From NCBI GenBank assembly GCA_017430135.1, contig JAFRNM010000007.1, positions 6,266-70,265 of the forward strand: DNA of 64,000 bases, written 5' to 3'. Numbering within the stretch: position 1 is the stretch's first letter; each line of letters opens with the position of its first letter. Positions 52,900-62,779 of the stretch are shown here, piece by piece. This DNA is from Clostridia bacterium (GTDB lineage Bacteria; Bacillota; Clostridia; TANB77; CAG-508). The notes below the pieces were generated by a model. It saw nothing but the letters and a program-made list of their open reading frames with translations. It was not told the origin of the DNA and did not search any database. Made by a program: the position numbers and the translations under genes.

Positions 52900-54519
52900 A
52901 TGCCTAGTTGTCTTGGAATATATGTACAAAACAATTTAATTAAATATGCAAAAGTTTCTAAAGATCATGATGTAAAGAAGGTTGATTCTTTTGGCGTAAA
53001 ATTCTATGACAACAATGTAGAAGAAGCAATAAAACAAGTTATAGAAGAAACATATAGTTTTAAAACACCAATAAGTATAAATTTGGAAAGCGAAAATTAT
53101 AACTACTTCAATATGTTTGCATTGCTAAACAAAAAAGATTTAAGCAAAGCAATAAAAACAGAATTTGATATGTACTGCAATGAAAAAGGCTATAACCCAA
53201 ACGTTTTTGAAACAAGATATGCTATTTCTCCAAACGTGGATGATAAACAAAAAATAAAAGTTATCCATGTAAGTAGTAATAAAATTGAACTCAATAAAAT
53301 TTCTGCATTTGTTTCAGGTTATAAAGTTGCAAGCATTACGCCAATTTCTATGATAATATCAAATTTACAACAACTTGATGAACAACAAAATTCTATAATT
53401 GTAAATATTGAAGATATAACAACTGTAACTACAATGATAGGACAAACTGTTTATGATGTTGAAACTATTGCCCAAGGAAGCAAAGAAATTCTAGAAAAAA
53501 TAACTTTAAAAGAAAATTCTTATTCGAAAAGCTATGAAATGTGCAAAAATACTACAATATATACATCAGAAGGAAAAGAGCTTGCTGAAGAAGAAATTAG
53601 TCACTTAGAAGATATAATGCCAACATTATATTCAATTGTTGGACAAGTACAAAAAATAATAAATTCACAAACTCAAAAAATAGACAAAGTATATATAACA
53701 GGAACGGCAGCTTTGATAAATAATATTGATTTATATTTCCAAGAATATTTAGATGGAATTAAATGTGAAATATTAAGACCATATTTTATTACAAATACTA
53801 AAGATATAAGTATAAAAGATTATATAGAAGTTAACTCTGCATTATCATTAGCTGTAGCAGGAATAGGCGAAGGAATAAAAGGATTAAACTTCAGAAGTAA
53901 ATCATTACAAGATAATTTACCAGAATTCCTAAAAGTTGAAAAGAAAACTAAATCTGGAAAAACTACAGGCCAAACAAAAGTTGGTATAAGATTTGATTTA
54001 GGGGAAAAACTAGATTTTATAGAGAAAAATATGCTAAGAGGTGTAAGTGGACTACTTATATTATTGGTAATATATGGCATTTTCTCTGGAATTTTGAAAA
54101 ATCAATATGAACTAAAAGAAAAAGAAGTAGAGGAAAGAATAAACAGTATAAATTCACAAATATCTCTTGCGAAAGCAGATAACACAAAAGTACTACAAAG
54201 AACAAGTGAATATACAAACTTAATCAAAAACTTACAATCCATAAATGAAAAAGTAAATGAAAGATTAAGAACAAGAAATGCAATACCTAATTTGTTAGAA
54301 CAAATAATGTTCATTATACCTGAAAATGTTCAAATTACATCAATACAGAATACACAAGATAGACATATAGAAATATATGCGCAATCTGATAAATATGAAC
54401 AATTAGGATATTTAAAAGCAAAAATTAAATCAGAAAATTATTTAACAAATGTAATTTCAACAGCGGGACAAAAAGAAAGTAACATTGTTACTGTAAAAAT
54501 AGAGGGAGATTTACCATGA
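52900..54519 (+). CDS. pilM: type IV pilus assembly protein PilM fused to a PilN-like TM/coiled-coil domain
   Basis: N-terminal ~370 aa is actin-like PilM (CLGIYVQNNLIKYAKV...KVYITGTAALINNI). Then TM GVSGLLILLVIYGIFSGIL at about aa 380, a coiled coil and a PilN-like domain. Confidence 0.75.
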   Translation: MPSCLGIYVQNNLIKYAKVSKDHDVKKVDSFGVKFYDNNVEEAIKQVIEETYSFKTPISINLESENYNYFNMFALLNKKDLSKAIKTEFDMYCNEKGYNPNVFETRYAISPNVDDKQKIKVIHVSSNKIELNKISAFVSGYKVASITPISMIISNLQQLDEQQNSIIVNIEDITTVTTMIGQTVYDVETIAQGSKEILEKITLKENSYSKSYEMCKNTTIYTSEGKELAEEEISHLEDIMPTLYSIVGQVQKIINSQTQKIDKVYITGTAALINNIDLYFQEYLDGIKCEILRPYFITNTKDISIKDYIEVNSALSLAVAGIGEGIKGLNFRSKSLQDNLPEFLKVEKKTKSGKTTGQTKVGIRFDLGEKLDFIEKNMLRGVSGLLILLVIYGIFSGILKNQYELKEKEVEERINSINSQISLAKADNTKVLQRTSEYTNLIKNLQSINEKVNERLRTRNAIPNLLEQIMFIIPENVQITSIQNTQDRHIEIYAQSDKYEQLGYLKAKIKSENYLTNVISTAGQKESNIVTVKIEGDLP

Positions 54520-55301
54520 AAAAAATTCTAATTTCTCTTCTTATCTTACTACTATTTATTTTAAATTTTATTGGCATAACGAAAGGAATACAATTATTTG
54601 GGTTAGACATTTTGAGTATTGAACAAATAAAAGAAAAAAATGCTAACCTAGATACAAAAATTGGTCAAGCAACAACATTAGCAAGTACAGATTATCCAAA
54701 AGTCCTTTCAGAAATGGAAGTGAATTTAAAAAAATTAGAGGAAGAAAAGAAAAATTATGAAGATATGGTTACAATTAGTACAGATGATCAAGTACAACTT
54801 GCAAACCAATATCAAAAATATGAAGTTGAATATTTGTGGACTATAATAGGTAACCATGCAACTAAAGAAGGCGTAGTTATTAAAATAGACATTGTTGCAG
54901 CATCAGGCGAAAATAACTATAATCTTAACTTTACTGTAACTGGTAGCTATATTGGAATAACAGAATTTATTTCAGATATAGAAAATGATAGTGCTTTAGG
55001 ATTCAAAATTGAGAATTTCTTAATGAAACCCGGAGCAAGTACTCAAGATTTACAAGCAACATTTATATGTAAAGATATAGTTATAAAAGATATTAATAAA
55101 AGTACAGCAACATCAAATAGAAATGTAACAAATGATAGTACACAAAAACAAGAGACAAACACAGCAGAAGGTACAGCTCAAAACACAACTGATAATTCAA
55201 ATGATGTCAATACCGATACAACTGGAAATACTACAAATAATACAAGTGCTACAGGAAATAATACAACAAATCAAAGTGCAGTTGACTTAAACAATAATTA
55301 G
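54516..55301 (+). CDS. pilO: PilO-like pilus assembly protein with a Thr/Asn-rich tail
   Basis: ATGA overlap with pilMN. N-terminal TM, coiled coil (LKKLEEEKKNYEDM), PilO-like ferredoxin-type domain and a T/N-rich C-terminus. Confidence 0.6.
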   Translation: MKKILISLLILLLFILNFIGITKGIQLFGLDILSIEQIKEKNANLDTKIGQATTLASTDYPKVLSEMEVNLKKLEEEKKNYEDMVTISTDDQVQLANQYQKYEVEYLWTIIGNHATKEGVVIKIDIVAASGENNYNLNFTVTGSYIGITEFISDIENDSALGFKIENFLMKPGASTQDLQATFICKDIVIKDINKSTATSNRNVTNDSTQKQETNTAEGTAQNTTDNSNDVNTDTTGNTTNNTSATGNNTTNQSAVDLNNN

Positions 55302-55323
55302 TAAATAAAAAGGAGAAGACCTT

Positions 55324-55830
55324 ATGGCAAAAAGTATTATAAAGGAAACAATAATAGTGTTACTATTGATATTTGCAATACTATTATTAATGGGTGTATT
55401 ATTATATGAATATGTGCCATCAAACAAGCAATTGCCTGAGGCTATATCATATACAACACCACAAAATGTAAAAGAAAAATTGGTTTCAATAGAGGGTGTA
55501 GATGAAGACCAAGTAATACTTACCTATGAACTTAATCAAGCAGATTTATACAATTATCAAAGAATAAACGAATATAGACCAGGTAAATCTAACCCATTCT
55601 CTACTTACGAAACACAAAAAGCCGAAGAAAAAGATGGAAATACTCCAAGTTCATCAAGTGGAGGAAACTCATCATCAAGTTCAAGTTCTAGCTCAAATTC
55701 TAGTTCTTCATCAAGTTCTAGCTCAAGCTCATCTGGTAACTCTTCATCAAGTAGTTCAACATATACAGCACCTACATCACAAGGTGGAGTAAACCCAGGA
55801 ACGTACACTAATAAAAGTGGTACAAAATAA
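55324..55830 (+). CDS. membrane-anchored protein with a poly-serine tract (pilus-cluster associated)
   Basis: RBS AAGGAGA. TM IIVLLLIFAILLLMGVLLY. About 45-residue Ser-rich tract (SSSSGGNSSSSSSSSSNSSSSSSSSSSSSGNSSSSSS). Confidence 0.55.
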   Translation: MAKSIIKETIIVLLLIFAILLLMGVLLYEYVPSNKQLPEAISYTTPQNVKEKLVSIEGVDEDQVILTYELNQADLYNYQRINEYRPGKSNPFSTYETQKAEEKDGNTPSSSSGGNSSSSSSSSSNSSSSSSSSSSSSGNSSSSSSTYTAPTSQGGVNPGTYTNKSGTK

Positions 55831-55917
55831 TTTTAGTTTTTAACGTTATATTTCTAAAAATGTAGAAATATAGGTTATAATATATTATATTTTTATTTAA
55901 ACAAAGGAGGAATTTTT

Positions 55918-56409
55918 ATGTTTAAACAACAAAAAGGTATAACATTAATTGCCTTAGTAATTACAATCATTGTATTATTAATTTTAGCAGGAATCACAAT
56001 CGCTATGTTAACAGGAAGTGATTCTGCTCCAGCAAAAGCAAACGAAGCGAAACAAAAACAAGATATAGGAGCTGCAAAAGATCAAATCTATATCCAAGTT
56101 CAAAATGCACAATTAAAATATTATGATGATACTTATGTGAAAGCAGGATCTACTGATTCAGGAGATGGCATTACAGCTGCTAAAACAGCTGTTGGTAAAT
56201 ATGTTGCTGATCAAATCGTAACATATGTTGGAACATCAGGAAATGAAAAAGTTGGAGATGCAACAATATCAGTTGGTTCAGCTTCAACAACATCATCTGT
56301 AACAGGAGATTGCCTAACTATAACAATAGAAACAAGAGATTATACTGTTACAGGAAAAGTTAAAGGAAATGGTACTTTAACATGGACAACTATAGGAACA
56401 CGTTCATAA
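55918..56409 (+). CDS. type IV pilin-like protein, probable major pilin (non-canonical leader)
   Basis: Strong RBS AAAGGAGG and own hairpin downstream. MFKQQKG|ITLIALVITIIVLLILAGITIAML: Ile at +1 and Ala at +5 instead of Phe/Glu. Confidence 0.7.
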   Translation: MFKQQKGITLIALVITIIVLLILAGITIAMLTGSDSAPAKANEAKQKQDIGAAKDQIYIQVQNAQLKYYDDTYVKAGSTDSGDGITAAKTAVGKYVADQIVTYVGTSGNEKVGDATISVGSASTTSSVTGDCLTITIETRDYTVTGKVKGNGTLTWTTIGTRS

Positions 56410-56502
56410 TTATAAATTAAATAATACAATAGATAAAAGCCATACGCACACTAAGTGTGTATGGCTAAATTTATAAAAACACTAAAAATATAAGGAGTAA
56501 AA

Positions 56503-57315
56503 ATGGAAGCAATAATATATGTAACAATATTCATAATTGGAGCGCTATTTGGAAGCTTTTACACACTAGCTACATACAGAATCCCACGCCATCAGGATAT
56601 AACACATACTCGCTCATATTGTCCTAAATGTAATCATAAATTAGGATTTTTTGACATGTTTCCAATTTTTAGTTATATATTTTTAGGTGGAAAATGCAGA
56701 TATTGTAAAAATAAAATAAGTCCAAGATACCTTATTTTAGAAGTATGTTCAGGATTAATATTTGTTTCTTTATTCTACTTAATGAAAATCGATATTCATA
56801 ATATTGATGTAAAATTACTAATTAAATATGGTTTCATGTCATTATTTTTATCATACATATTTATTACAGCATGGATTGATAAAGAAAATAAAAAAGTAGA
56901 AAATAAAGTAACAATATATGGTATTACAATATCATTGCTATATATAGCATATCTATGTATAGTAGAAAACGCTAATATATATAAATATGCCATGTATATG
57001 TGTTTTTATGCATTAGTACTTATTGCAGATATTACATCTGTAAAAAATAAAAAACAAGACAATTACATAGCTGGAATAATGTTTGCACTTATAACAATGG
57101 GAGTATTTACAGGAGAAAATGCTATTCTTTATACATTATGTATTTTTATTACAATGATTATTTTATATATGTGTTTTGAATGGATGGATAGATATTCAAA
57201 GAAAAAATCAGATTTAAAAGAACCATTATATAAAAGTATAAGATTAGCATATTATCTATGTATTGCAAATGTTATTTCAATATTTACAATTTTACTACAA
57301 GAATTCATTATATAA
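56503..57315 (+). CDS. pilD: prepilin peptidase (A24 family), divergent
   Basis: N-terminal domain with CPKCNHKL...CRYCKNKI. First Asp context AWIDKENKKV. The second catalytic motif appears as LIADITSVK rather than GxGDxKL. Confidence 0.65.
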   Translation: MEAIIYVTIFIIGALFGSFYTLATYRIPRHQDITHTRSYCPKCNHKLGFFDMFPIFSYIFLGGKCRYCKNKISPRYLILEVCSGLIFVSLFYLMKIDIHNIDVKLLIKYGFMSLFLSYIFITAWIDKENKKVENKVTIYGITISLLYIAYLCIVENANIYKYAMYMCFYALVLIADITSVKNKKQDNYIAGIMFALITMGVFTGENAILYTLCIFITMIILYMCFEWMDRYSKKKSDLKEPLYKSIRLAYYLCIANVISIFTILLQEFII

Positions 57316-57331
57316 AAATGAAAGGAAAAAT

Positions 57332-57772
57332 ATGAAATTTATAAAGAATGAAAAAGGATTTACACTTTTAGATATAATAGTTGCATTGATTATAATACTA
57401 TTATTTATGTCTGTAATATCTGTTTTATTTTTCAATATAACAAAAACTTCAAAAGAAATAGAAAGAGAATCGCAGGCGACATATATTGCAACAAATATAT
57501 TGGAGTCATATAAATCCAAAAAATATGATGATATACCAATTGTTACAAATAAAGCAATAGCTGATGGAGAGGTTGTTGTTGATGGACAACCTATCCCTGT
57601 AAAGGATGGGTATACAGCTTTGGTAACAGTTGAAAACTATGTTCCAAAGACAGAAACTGCAACTAGTTCAAAGCAAAATGACTTAGTAAAAAAGATTACT
57701 GTAACTGTAAAATATAAGGTTGCTAATAAGGAAAAACAAGTTGAATTGCAAGCATCTGTTGTTAGAAAATAA
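57332..57772 (+). CDS. pilin-like (minor pilin/pseudopilin) protein
   Basis: MKFIKNEKG|FTLLDIIVALIIILLFMSVISVLF. Asp at +5. Confidence 0.65.
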   Translation: MKFIKNEKGFTLLDIIVALIIILLFMSVISVLFFNITKTSKEIERESQATYIATNILESYKSKKYDDIPIVTNKAIADGEVVVDGQPIPVKDGYTALVTVENYVPKTETATSSKQNDLVKKITVTVKYKVANKEKQVELQASVVRK

Positions 57773-57809
57773 CTTTTTGTATTAATATTTTAAACTTAAG
57801 TATTATAAT

Positions 57810-57938
57810 GCAATATGTAAAATGTGAGTGAGTCCGCGTAGGGCGGAGCAAAGCGTAGCGTTGGAGCGACCTTTCATACTAGTATTTTAAAAATATGGAA
57901 GGTCGTGACAACAAGGACGAACGGGTTTTACATATTGC
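57810..57938 (+). repeat. family B copy 6 (short apex) between two pilin-like genes
   Basis: CCGCGTAGGGCGGAGCAAAGCGTAGCGTTGGAGCGACCTTTCATACTAGTATTTTAAAAATATGGAAGGTCGTGACAACAAGG. Outer arms ATATGTAAAA / TTTTACATAT. Confidence 0.85.
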
Positions 57939-57964
57939 AGGTAAAAAATAAAGGAAGAGTATAT

Positions 57965-58432
57965 ATGATTAATATTAAGTCAGAAAAAGGTATAACCTTA
58001 ACTTCACTAATAATATATGTAATAGCCATGTTAATAACAATTACAATAATAACAGTTGTAACAGGATATTTCAAAAAAAATGTAGAAATAGATACAGATA
58101 ACTATACATTTTATGGTGAATTTACTAAATTTCAAAGTTTTTTCTCAGAGGAAGTTAATAGGGAAAATAATAGAATATTAGAAATCTCAAATGGAGAAAC
58201 GGACAGAGATCAAAGCTATATAGCATTTTCTTCTGGGAATCAATATACATTTGTACCAGCTAATAATGCAATATATCAAAATAATGTAAAAATAGCAAAT
58301 GGTGTTCAAAGTTGTAAATTTACTGAAATTAATGATAGTGGTAAACCAGGTGTTAGAGTAACTATCAAAATAAAGGGAAATAAAGAAAGTAATGCTCAAA
58401 TAAGAACACTAAATTTTATTTTAGAGAACTAA
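57965..58432 (+). CDS. pilin-like protein (non-canonical leader)
   Basis: MINIKSEKG|ITLTSLIIYVIAMLITITIITVV. Ser at +5. RBS AAAGGAAG. Confidence 0.6.
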   Translation: MINIKSEKGITLTSLIIYVIAMLITITIITVVTGYFKKNVEIDTDNYTFYGEFTKFQSFFSEEVNRENNRILEISNGETDRDQSYIAFSSGNQYTFVPANNAIYQNNVKIANGVQSCKFTEINDSGKPGVRVTIKIKGNKESNAQIRTLNFILEN

Positions 58433-58526
58433 TTGGTAATTTTATGTAATTATAATTAAAATGAGCAAAGAATATAAAAATATAGTATAATAAATATGAG
58501 GTACAAAAGAAAGGAAGGTAAAAAAC

Positions 58527-60170
58527 ATGGATGTTAGAAGAAGACAACCATTAGGAGTTGAATTAGTTAAAAGAAACATTGTTACAGAGGAAGACATTGA
58601 AAAAGCTCTAGACTACCAAAGAGAACACCCAAATAGAAAGCTAGGAGATATTATATATATATTAAATTTATGTGATCCACAAGAGTTAATAGAAGCAATA
58701 GGTGCAATTGTAGGAACACCTGGAATTGTTTTAGAAAATAGCAAAATTAAAGTAGATTTAACAGATTATATCTCAATAGATATTGCAAAACAAAATAAAG
58801 TTGTTCCATTTGAATTGGCTTCTGGAAAGATTAAAGTTTGCTTTGCAAATACTGCAAACAATCGTCAAATCGAAACAATTAGAATGTTAATGCTAAATAA
58901 AGGGCTAGTAATGGAAAAATATATTACTTTTGAAAGTGATATAGAAAGATACTTAAAATCTCTTGAAGGTGAGGCTGTATCAGAGGCAGCAGGAGTTCCA
59001 GCTACTGGTGCTACTATTACATCACTTATAGATAGTATTATAAAAACTGGTATGGAAAAAAGAGCTAGTGATATTCACATAGAGCCTATGGAGAATCAAA
59101 TAAGAGTAAGATACAGAATAGATGGTGTGCTTGTTGATGCTGTTACAATAGGAAAAGACAAGCAAAGTCAAGTTATAGGAAGATTAAAGGCAATATCAAA
59201 TATGCATCAAGAAAAACAAATTTCACAAGATGGTAGAATTGTTTTGTATAATGATTACAATATCCGTGTATCTTCACAACCTAATATTTATGGTGAAAAA
59301 TTTGTGCTAAGATTATTAAAGAAAAATGCTGATATTAAGCAAATATTTGACCTTGGATATCCAGGAGATGAACAAAGTTTAAATAAAAGCATAAATAAAA
59401 GAAATAGTATCACAATAATTGCAGCACCAACTGGTGAAGGTAAAACAACAACACTTTATAGTATAATAGACTTTTTAAATAGACCAGATATAAATATTAC
59501 AACAATTGAAGATCCAGTAGAAATTAGAATTTCAGGTTTAAACCAAATCGAAATAGATAATACAAAATCAACATTTTCAGGTTCATTAAGAACTGTTTTA
59601 AGACAAGACCCAGATGTTATACTTGTAGGAGAAATAAGAGATTTAGAAACTGCAGAAATAGCAATTCAAGCTGGACAAACAGGACATTACGTTTTGTCAA
59701 CAATACATACAATTGATGCAATTGAGGTAATAAACAGATTAAGAAAACTTGGAGTTTCAGATTACGATATAGCAAGTACACTTGCAACATCAATTTCTCA
59801 AAGATTGGTAAGAAGATTATGCACAAATTGTAGAAGAGAAAGAGAATATACACAAGAAGAAAAAGATTTAATAATGTCAGTATCAGATAAATATAATCTT
59901 GGAATAAATTTGGAAGGTTTAAAAACATATGAAGCTGTTGGATGCAAACATTGCAACAATACAGGTTATTACGATAGAATTGGTATTTTTGAAACATTAG
60001 ATATTGATGACGACATAAAAGATTTAATTGTTAAAGGTGCATCTACATTAGAAATTAGAAATAAAGCAATAGAAAAATCATATAGACCACTTATAGCAGA
60101 TGGAATTATAAAAGTTGTAAATGGGGTTACAGATTTAAAAGAACTAAATAATAAATTAATAATTTATTAG
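58527..60170 (+). CDS. pilB: type IV pilus assembly ATPase PilB (GspE family)
   Basis: N-terminal MshEN-like domain (LGVELVKRNIVTEEDIEKAL), Walker A APTGEGKTTT, Asp/His boxes and tetracysteine CTNC...CKHC. Confidence 0.88.
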   Translation: MDVRRRQPLGVELVKRNIVTEEDIEKALDYQREHPNRKLGDIIYILNLCDPQELIEAIGAIVGTPGIVLENSKIKVDLTDYISIDIAKQNKVVPFELASGKIKVCFANTANNRQIETIRMLMLNKGLVMEKYITFESDIERYLKSLEGEAVSEAAGVPATGATITSLIDSIIKTGMEKRASDIHIEPMENQIRVRYRIDGVLVDAVTIGKDKQSQVIGRLKAISNMHQEKQISQDGRIVLYNDYNIRVSSQPNIYGEKFVLRLLKKNADIKQIFDLGYPGDEQSLNKSINKRNSITIIAAPTGEGKTTTLYSIIDFLNRPDINITTIEDPVEIRISGLNQIEIDNTKSTFSGSLRTVLRQDPDVILVGEIRDLETAEIAIQAGQTGHYVLSTIHTIDAIEVINRLRKLGVSDYDIASTLATSISQRLVRRLCTNCRREREYTQEEKDLIMSVSDKYNLGINLEGLKTYEAVGCKHCNNTGYYDRIGIFETLDIDDDIKDLIVKGASTLEIRNKAIEKSYRPLIADGIIKVVNGVTDLKELNNKLIIY

Positions 60171-60284
60171 AATGTAGCAGAGTGATTTATGGGCTATATA
60201 AACTCGTATCAGAGCACAGAAGTGAGATACAAAAAAAGAGTTACAAAGAGCTCAACCAAACCAAAGATTAGGGGGAATTTTAAT

Positions 60285-61394
60285 ATGAATATGGATAAAG
60301 TTTTAGATAAAGCAATAGAACTAGATGCATCAGATGTTCACATGATATGTGGAAATAAACCAATACTTAGAATTTCAAGAGAATTAAGACCAATTGAAGA
60401 AATGGAAGTACTAACACCAGAGGATATGAATGAAATGTATGATTACTTAGTAAGAGGTAATCTTGACAAAGATGAAATATTCAATAAAACAAGAAAACTT
60501 GATACATCTTATGAATACAAAGGAATGCGTTTAAGAGTAAATATATCATTTTCAGATAATATTCCATTATGTACTCTAAGATTAATAAAAAATACACTTC
60601 CATCTTATGAATCACTTGGAGTTCCAGACATAGTAAGAAGAATGACATATCAACCCCAAGGGTTAATATTAGTAACAGGAAAAACGAACTCTGGTAAAAC
60701 TACAACATTAAATGCATTAATAAATGATATAAATGAAAATCAAAATAGAAAAATACTAACTTTGGAAAACCCAGTAGAATATAAACATCATTCAAAAAAA
60801 TCTCTAATAGTACAAAAAGAAGTAGGAAGAGGAAGAGATACATTATCATTTAGTGATGGTGTTAAAAACTCTTTAAGAGAAGACTGCGATATTCTTGTAA
60901 TAGGAGAGATTAGAGATAAAGAAACAATGGAAGCCGGAATAGAAATGGCAGAATCAGGTCACTTAGTTATAGGAACTCTTCATACAAAATCATGTGCTGA
61001 AACAATAGATAGAATGATAAACTTCTATGATGTAAGAGACCAAGCACAAATAAAATACTTATTATCTTCACTATTAAAATTAGTTGTATCTCAAAGATTA
61101 TTAAAAGGAACAGATGGAAAATTGATGCTTGTTCCAGAAGTAATGGTTGTAGATAATATAGTTGCAGGTGTAATAAGAAAAGACAAATTAAGCGTTTCAG
61201 AGATAGAAGATGCAATACAAAGTAATCTAGATAAAGGAAGCGTTGGATTAACAAATTCTTTAGCTAAATTATTTGTAGAAAACAAAATTACACTTGACCA
61301 AGCAAAAGCACAAGTAGAAGAAAAGAATATAGATACTTTAAACAGAACAATTATGCAGCTTAAGATTAAGCGTGACGCCAATGGAGTATTTTAA
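60285..61394 (+). CDS. pilT: type IV pilus retraction ATPase PilT
   Basis: ATG 60285 behind AGGGGGA. ASDVHMICGNKPILRI, Walker A GKTNSGKTTT, IGEIRD and GHLVIGTLHT. Confidence 0.85.
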   Translation: MNMDKVLDKAIELDASDVHMICGNKPILRISRELRPIEEMEVLTPEDMNEMYDYLVRGNLDKDEIFNKTRKLDTSYEYKGMRLRVNISFSDNIPLCTLRLIKNTLPSYESLGVPDIVRRMTYQPQGLILVTGKTNSGKTTTLNALINDINENQNRKILTLENPVEYKHHSKKSLIVQKEVGRGRDTLSFSDGVKNSLREDCDILVIGEIRDKETMEAGIEMAESGHLVIGTLHTKSCAETIDRMINFYDVRDQAQIKYLLSSLLKLVVSQRLLKGTDGKLMLVPEVMVVDNIVAGVIRKDKLSVSEIEDAIQSNLDKGSVGLTNSLAKLFVENKITLDQAKAQVEEKNIDTLNRTIMQLKIKRDANGVF

Positions 61395-61429
61395 TTTGAA
61401 AATAATAAAGAAATGAAAGGAGAATAGTA

Positions 61430-62779
61430 ATGCCTACATACAACTACAAAGCAGTAACTAAAACAGGATTAGTTGTTAGAAACAGGGTTGAAGCACCAAG
61501 TAAGCAATCTTTAATGAAGGCAATAAAGGAAAATGATTTAACACCAATTAATGTTGAACAGCGTTCATATAGATCAAGGTCTAACAAAGCAAAGCAAAAG
61601 AAAAATATTTCTAATATGCAAGAACTTATGAAAAATGTTAATACAACAGAAATAAATAGAACTCCTCAAAGAAGTATGTCAACAAAAGAAAAGATTTCTA
61701 CATACTTTGAACAAACTAAAAAGATAACATCAAGAGATTTAGTTGTATTCACACAGAATTTCTATTTGTTGAAAAAAGCTGATTTTAACAATATACATGC
61801 TTTGCGTACACTGATTGAAGGAACAGAAAACTTGTCTTTAAAAGGTATAATTGAAGATATTTTAGCTGGTGTTGAAGCCGGAGAAAACATGTATACAACA
61901 ATGGAATACTATTCAGATGTATTCCCATACATATATGTAAACATGATAAAAGTTGGTGAGCTTTCAGGTTCGCTTACAAATTCTTTGCAACAAGCTGTTG
62001 AATATTTAGATGATACAACAAGATTAAACAAAAAAATAAAGGGAATATTGATTCCTAATATAGCGCAATTCTTACTATTATTTGTATTATTAATTGTAGG
62101 TTCATTAGTTGCAATCCCTACAATTCAAGATATTTTCGAAGAATTAGGAACAACAGAAGAATTACCAGCATTAACAGTAGGATTCTCTAATTTTATAAAA
62201 GGCGCGGTAAATATGTGGTATATACCACTTGCTATAATTGCGGGAATAGTTGCAGCTATTATAGCTTATATAAATACCCCTAAAGGAAAATATAATTTTC
62301 ACTATTTTAAATATAAGATGCCTATATTTGGTAATTTGATATTTTCATTAGATTTTTCAAGATTTATGAAAGCAATGCTTTTAAACTTGAAAAATGGTGT
62401 AAGAATTCAAGAGGCTTTGGAAGTAAGTAAAAATGTTGTAAAAAACTATGTAATGCTTTCAATGATAGAAACATCTATAAACAATATTTTAGTTGGTTCA
62501 TCATGGATAGAGCCATTTGAAAAATCAGGCTTATGTTCATTCATGTCAATTGAAATGTTGAAGGTAGGTATGCAAACAGACTTGCCAGAGATGATGGAAA
62601 AATTAGTAGAATATATGGAAATAGATATTGATAATACATTGGCTAAAATAACAAAGACATTACCTCAAGTTATGTATGTAATTGTTGGTGTTGTGCTAAT
62701 TTTCGTTGTATTGGTTGTACTTGTACCATGTATTCAAGTTTATATGGGAAACTTTCTATTCTCAGCTTATGGAGTTTAA
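61430..62779 (+). CDS. pilC: type IV pilus platform protein PilC (GspF family)
   Basis: 449 aa with two GspF-type repeats and three TM segments; follows pilB/pilT. Confidence 0.8.
   Translation: MPTYNYKAVTKTGLVVRNRVEAPSKQSLMKAIKENDLTPINVEQRSYRSRSNKAKQKKNISNMQELMKNVNTTEINRTPQRSMSTKEKISTYFEQTKKITSRDLVVFTQNFYLLKKADFNNIHALRTLIEGTENLSLKGIIEDILAGVEAGENMYTTMEYYSDVFPYIYVNMIKVGELSGSLTNSLQQAVEYLDDTTRLNKKIKGILIPNIAQFLLLFVLLIVGSLVAIPTIQDIFEELGTTEELPALTVGFSNFIKGAVNMWYIPLAIIAGIVAAIIAYINTPKGKYNFHYFKYKMPIFGNLIFSLDFSRFMKAMLLNLKNGVRIQEALEVSKNVVKNYVMLSMIETSINNILVGSSWIEPFEKSGLCSFMSIEMLKVGMQTDLPEMMEKLVEYMEIDIDNTLAKITKTLPQVMYVIVGVVLIFVVLVVLVPCIQVYMGNFLFSAYGV

Noticed and set aside
55605-55808. 67-aa ORF (ELELELDEELEFELELELDDE...) on the - strand
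   Set aside because: It is the antisense reading of the poly-serine codon tract of the 55324-55830 gene, a low-complexity artefact.
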